A stretch of DNA of 63,651 nucleotides, counting the filler, from Rhabdomonas costata (taxonomy: Eukaryota): NCBI GenBank assembly GCA_019059605.1. It is 47 parts of 47 records of this genome, joined end to end, with 100 filler letters (N's around TTAATTAATTAA, not from the genome) between each part and the next. Parts side by side here need not be neighbours in the genome. Positions count along the whole stretch, not along the records: positions 59,684 to 60,939 come from JAHMHO010021701.1; positions 61,040 to 62,295 come from JAHMHO010021702.1; positions 62,396 to 63,651 come from JAHMHO010021703.1; 44 more parts are not named here. One strand, written 5' to 3'. Made by a program: the position numbers and the translations under genes. Of this stretch, positions 59,707-63,651 are shown one piece after another (the first letter of the stretch is position 1; the number at the start of each line of letters is the position of its first letter). The notes below the pieces were generated by a model. The model was not told where the DNA came from and searched no databases. It was given only the letters and a program-made list of their open reading frames with translations.

Positions 59707-60939
59707 AAGATCTGGTAGGCCGTGGAGAACACCAGAATCAGCAGCTGGAGCAGCCCAAAGCCCCAGACGCGATGGTAGGTGCTGTCCGAGGTCTGTCGGA
59801 ACCGCGCCTCCCGGGCCTTGATGTACTCCTGCCGGGAGGGGGGTGGACAGCAGGTAAGAACAGACCAATTCTATCTTCTGTTCCATTTCAGCCAAATTGA
59901 GCCAAACTTTACTCGCATGTCGCTCACCAGGGCAGGTGAAAAGTTCCACCTTTCTGGCTCCGAAAGCACGTTCTGAGATCCGCGAAAAATTCCAGACCTC
60001 AGTGAGGCAACTGCTATCGTCCTCAAACCTCGCCGCCATTGATGACCACAACCGTCGATGGGAATTGCGGCGGAGCACACACGCAGCTACGCAGCTGCAT
60101 TCATCACTTAAACTCAGCGGCAACAAATGAGTGCTGCAAGAGGGCAGCGAGAGAGAGAAAGATAGAGAGCAATGGTAAAGAATATTAAATTCTGCTGAAT
60201 ATGCCCGAAAAACAGAGAAACAGAGGGTGCGAGGTAAAAGAAGATAGGGGCGGTACCTGGTCATTCTTGATGTCGTGCATCATGGCGAGCAGGCCGCTGA
60301 CCTTCTTCTGAATCTCTTCAATGTGAGTCCGCGCTGTGGCTGGCGAGGAGGTTTCCTCAGGATCATTATCGATCTCAATCTGAAGAACGCAAACACGGGC
60401 AAACTCACCTAAACAAGACCTGCTTCTACGACTTCATATTGAACCCGCACCGCACACACAAAACACACACACACACACACACTTCAGCAAGCCTGTGTTC
60501 ATTCCCTCAGCATACAATGTTGCAAAAGAGTGGCGCGCGCAGCATAACAGCAAATTCTTGGCAGCGACGTATCTATGTGGTGCGTTCCGTGACACAGAGA
60601 CATTTTTCCTGGGGAAGGCCCCGCTTTGATACAAGGAATCACCCAAAACAACAGAACCATTCACCGTTTGGATGAAAGCAAAGCAACACAGCAATAATTT
60701 ACAGAAAGCAGAAGCCTGTATAATAGTCAATATGAACGACATAGGTGCATACAGAAGAGAAACTCACTTACAAGAGAGCATGAGTGGTTCACCAAAGATG
60801 ACACGGGTGGCTCCAATTCCACACACACACATGCATGCCCCCTGCTCGCTTCACGCACACACACACACACAACAAACACAGATGCACAGGTCAGTCACAA
60901 AGACCTGGAGGTACACTTGGAACTTCTCCAAGGCGTGCC
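59707..60939 (-). CDS. p24/emp24/gp25L (TMED) cargo receptor, C-terminal part; exons 60939-60905, 60379-60257, 59828-~59707
   Basis: ...IQKKVSGLLAMMHDIKNDQ|EYIKAREARFRQTSDSTYHRVWGFGLLQLLILVFSTAYQIF carries QxYxxxRExRFRxTSxSTxxRV, a TM helix and Q. Confidence 0.9.
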
Positions 60940-61727
60940 NNNNNNNNNNNNNNNNNNNNNNNNNNNNNNNNNNNNNNNNNNNNTTAATTAATTAANNNNN
61001 NNNNNNNNNNNNNNNNNNNNNNNNNNNNNNNNNNNNNNNTTTTGGGGAGAGGCTGACAGAAGAATGAGCGTATTTGTTCTTTTTGTCTGAACTTGAACAG
61101 AGGTGCTGAAATATCACCCGCGAAATGAATATAAGTATAAGAGAGCGCTCTCGATACGAAGTATCATCTTGTTTGCCGCCACCCGCTCGTGAGGACTAAG
61201 GACTGACCTATTGCTGGATTTGGAAGGAGTACAGGGAAAGCATTCCGATAAAGCACACCATATCACAAATCTCAAAATAAAAAAGAATCCGAAATCCGAA
61301 TCGGTAAAATAGTAATGCATCAATCCTTCCCCCGGGGTCAACGTTGGAACAAAATCGGCACGTTGTCTGGACCTATCTCGGCAATAACTTTTCCGAGGAC
61401 AGGAGGGTGCTATTGAAGAGCCAGACGCAATCTACGCGCAAACTCTGTCCCCCCCCCCTGTTTTTTGCTAGACAGTGGGTATTTTGAGCATTTTCCAGAC
61501 TTTTTTTTCTTTTTTGCGAAAACTGACCATTTTTTAATTTTCTGAGGAAAAGTCGCTCGAGCCACTGAGTTTTGCTGACAAAAAACTCGACGGGTTGTGT
61601 GAGAGACGCAGCCCCAAACCACTATTATGTCCAACTCCAACCCCGGAGTCTGTTGCAAGGAAAAAGGAGTGCACTCCAACGGCATCATTTTGGAACAGAG
61701 AGAGCGCTCCAACGTGTCGGCTCATAC

Positions 61728-62272
61728 CGACAACAATGGCGGTGTTGCAGTGAAAACTGAGCTGCTGCAGAAGCTGCGCTTGGGACACCAGCGCGCCTAG
61801 AACCTGCCAGATAAATAACCCACCCGTGCACAAAACCGGTGCGCCACGCAACACAAAACGTCGTTTACGGTGTTTTCCACGCCCGCGGAACCATCAGGGG
61901 CCGCGTACGGCGCTTGGAAAAAACCCGTTGCTCCATCGCCACGCAGGGAAGAAGCGCCTAACAATGACAAGGAAGGTTGCGAGAGGAAAACTGTCGAAGA
62001 AGACGTCCGAGTAAGTGAAAGGATTCTGCGCAAAACAGAAACGGGAGATCATGAAACGATGAGCCACGCACTGCAGTTCAAGGCAGTACCGCGAATTCTT
62101 ATGCAGTGTAATCAAACAGGGACGAACCAAACCGAGAACGCCGCACCGTCAGCACAGACAGGGCCTCGCAACCAACGGAGGTGTACGTGCCCTGCCCAAA
62201 GACGACGCCAATGCTCAGCTGCAGCAGCGTGCGCTGTGAGAGCTGAACCAGCTTCACCGCTAGCTGGCAGGC
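61728..62272 (-). CDS. Degenerate class III cyclase-like domain; exons 62272-~62191, a middle exon from 61957, and 61803-61728
   Basis: ACQLAVKLVQLSQRTLLQLSIGVVFGQG ... VLGALVSQAQLLQQLSFHCNTAIVVG follows AxxxAL...LxIGVxxG...VLGxxVNxAxRL...IxV. The frame of the middle exon is ambiguous. Confidence 0.55.
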
Positions 62273-63651
62273 CTGCAGAAATGGACCCAACAACCNNNNN
62301 NNNNNNNNNNNNNNNNNNNNNNNNNNNNNNNNNNNNNNNTTAATTAATTAANNNNNNNNNNNNNNNNNNNNNNNNNNNNNNNNNNNNNNNNNNNNTGTGT
62401 TTTGGAAAACCATACACAAGAGAGTGGCACCAAAGATAGGCATCGAATTTTCATTGACAACGGTAGCCGCCTCGCATTCGGGTCTCCAAGGTTTTCCAAA
62501 ACGCTAAAACGCTAGAGATGAATTTGCGAAGATGCCGATGACCCGCTAACAGGCACGAATGCAGCATGCAGCTATGCTGACAACATCGCTCGAAGAACCT
62601 GGTGCCTGAAGTGAGCAGAGCGGGAGAGCGCAACAGGAAAATGGGCACCAAGGCACGCACGATACTGTCCAAAACACGCCAGTCGTCCACGCATGAGCAG
62701 CTAAACGAAGAAGGGGAATAAACTCTAATGCTCAAGCAAATATTATTCACAACGGAACAAAAAGCCCCCCCAACATCTCACGATTCCTCTCCATAACACA
62801 GCAAAAGAAGGTGGGGGGGGTCAAAGTAAAACTGGGGGGCGGCCTGCAAGCCCACCGAAGACAGGACAGGCAAGCACCACCCAAAAACGAGAGCAACTAT
62901 TTACTCCGGTGAGTGGCCGCAGAAACTTGGATGAAAGAAAGAGAAACAAGAGTGAGCCCAAAGAACAATGGGCCGAAGCCCACTCAGCAAGAGCAATCCG
63001 GAAGCTTAGAAGCTGTACAGAACCCCCCGTATACGTGGGGTCCACCAAAGGGAAGGCAAGAGGTGAGGATTGAGGGGAAGTGTGGTGAGGACAGAATAGA
63101 GGTCAGGATTGGAGAAGACGCTAGTTGGGCGGTGCTGCCCCACGGGCAGGCGAGCGGTCCCGCATTGTGCTGCGCTGGGGGGAGGCCGTGCGGACGGTGG
63201 GCAGCACCACGGAAGGCAGGCGGTGGGTGGAGGTCACCTCGGAAGGGGGCACAGGCACCCCTCTGGTGAAGTCCTGTCACCCGAAAAGCAAAGGGGAGCC
63301 ACTGACCTTCACACTACCTGCAGGAACGTTGGGAATTACTCATGTTTTTGCCGCAAGATGCCCTTTCTATCATCTCCTTCAATGAATTGCTGCCACAGAG
63401 CCCAGTAAGCGTGGGGAGCGCAGGTCCTCAAATAACGGCTGTTAATACTCTATCCTCAACAAAAAAGGACAGCAGAGTCAAAACACCACTACCAAACGAG
63501 TATTTGTTGCCAGCATCCATGCAACATATGATGGAGCAAAACATTGCAGGGGTCAACCAAGCTAGGGTGGTAAATATCGACGCTTACAAAAATGCTTGTG
63601 TGACATCAGTTGCAGCAGCAACGGAAGCATACTTAAATCTAACAACACAAC

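Noticed and set aside
8364-60939. Euglenid non-conventional (non-GT/GC-AG, stem-forming) introns
   Set aside because: Every intron I could anchor by protein homology resolves as GT-AG or GC-AG. Ambiguous cases (kinase, 61957 middle exon, adenylate kinase) need cDNA.
1258-62395. Regularly spaced TTAATTAATTAA repeats as a CRISPR-like or biological array
   Set aside because: They are always embedded in 44+44 Ns and are synthetic six-frame-stop linkers.
1-63651. tRNA, rRNA, snRNA, spliced-leader RNA genes, CRISPR arrays and operons
   Set aside because: None recognised by eye; an Infernal/tRNAscan run would be needed to exclude divergent ones. Gene neighbourhoods across linkers are artificial.

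Overview
This is not one locus. It is a concatenation of 47 short, size-sorted contigs (~1.25 kb each) joined by 46 artificial 100-nt linkers (N44-TTAATTAATTAA-N44), so adjacency across linkers means nothing. Most contigs are intron-rich nuclear DNA of a euglenozoan, most likely a euglenid: there is a paraflagellar rod gene, and the dense spliceosomal introns argue against a kinetoplastid. By manual splicing I recognised exons of PFR2, RPS10, RCL1, eIF4G, VPS24, FIP1, alpha-SNAP, a p24 protein, adenylate kinase, ABCG and ABCD transporters, a mitochondrial carrier, a Zn-type dehydrogenase, a kinase, one canonical and two very divergent dynein heavy chain fragments, and several class III cyclase or receptor fragments. 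Introns are GT-AG plus several GC-AG; I could not demonstrate any euglenid non-conventional intron. G/T-only contig starts, A/C-only ends and terminal fold-backs point to whole-genome amplification. The stand-out is contig 36629-37885. It is extremely AT-rich and carries an intronless ORF starting with a YKKYKQKYINLK-xGG motif that I associate with Mimiviridae/Klosneuvirinae-type giant virus proteins. It also has AAAATTGA motifs, AT hairpins and ~100-bp inverted repeats flanking the ORF, so it is a candidate giant virus (or endogenous viral element) associated with a euglenid. All protein calls come from my own motif recognition; no database search was run.
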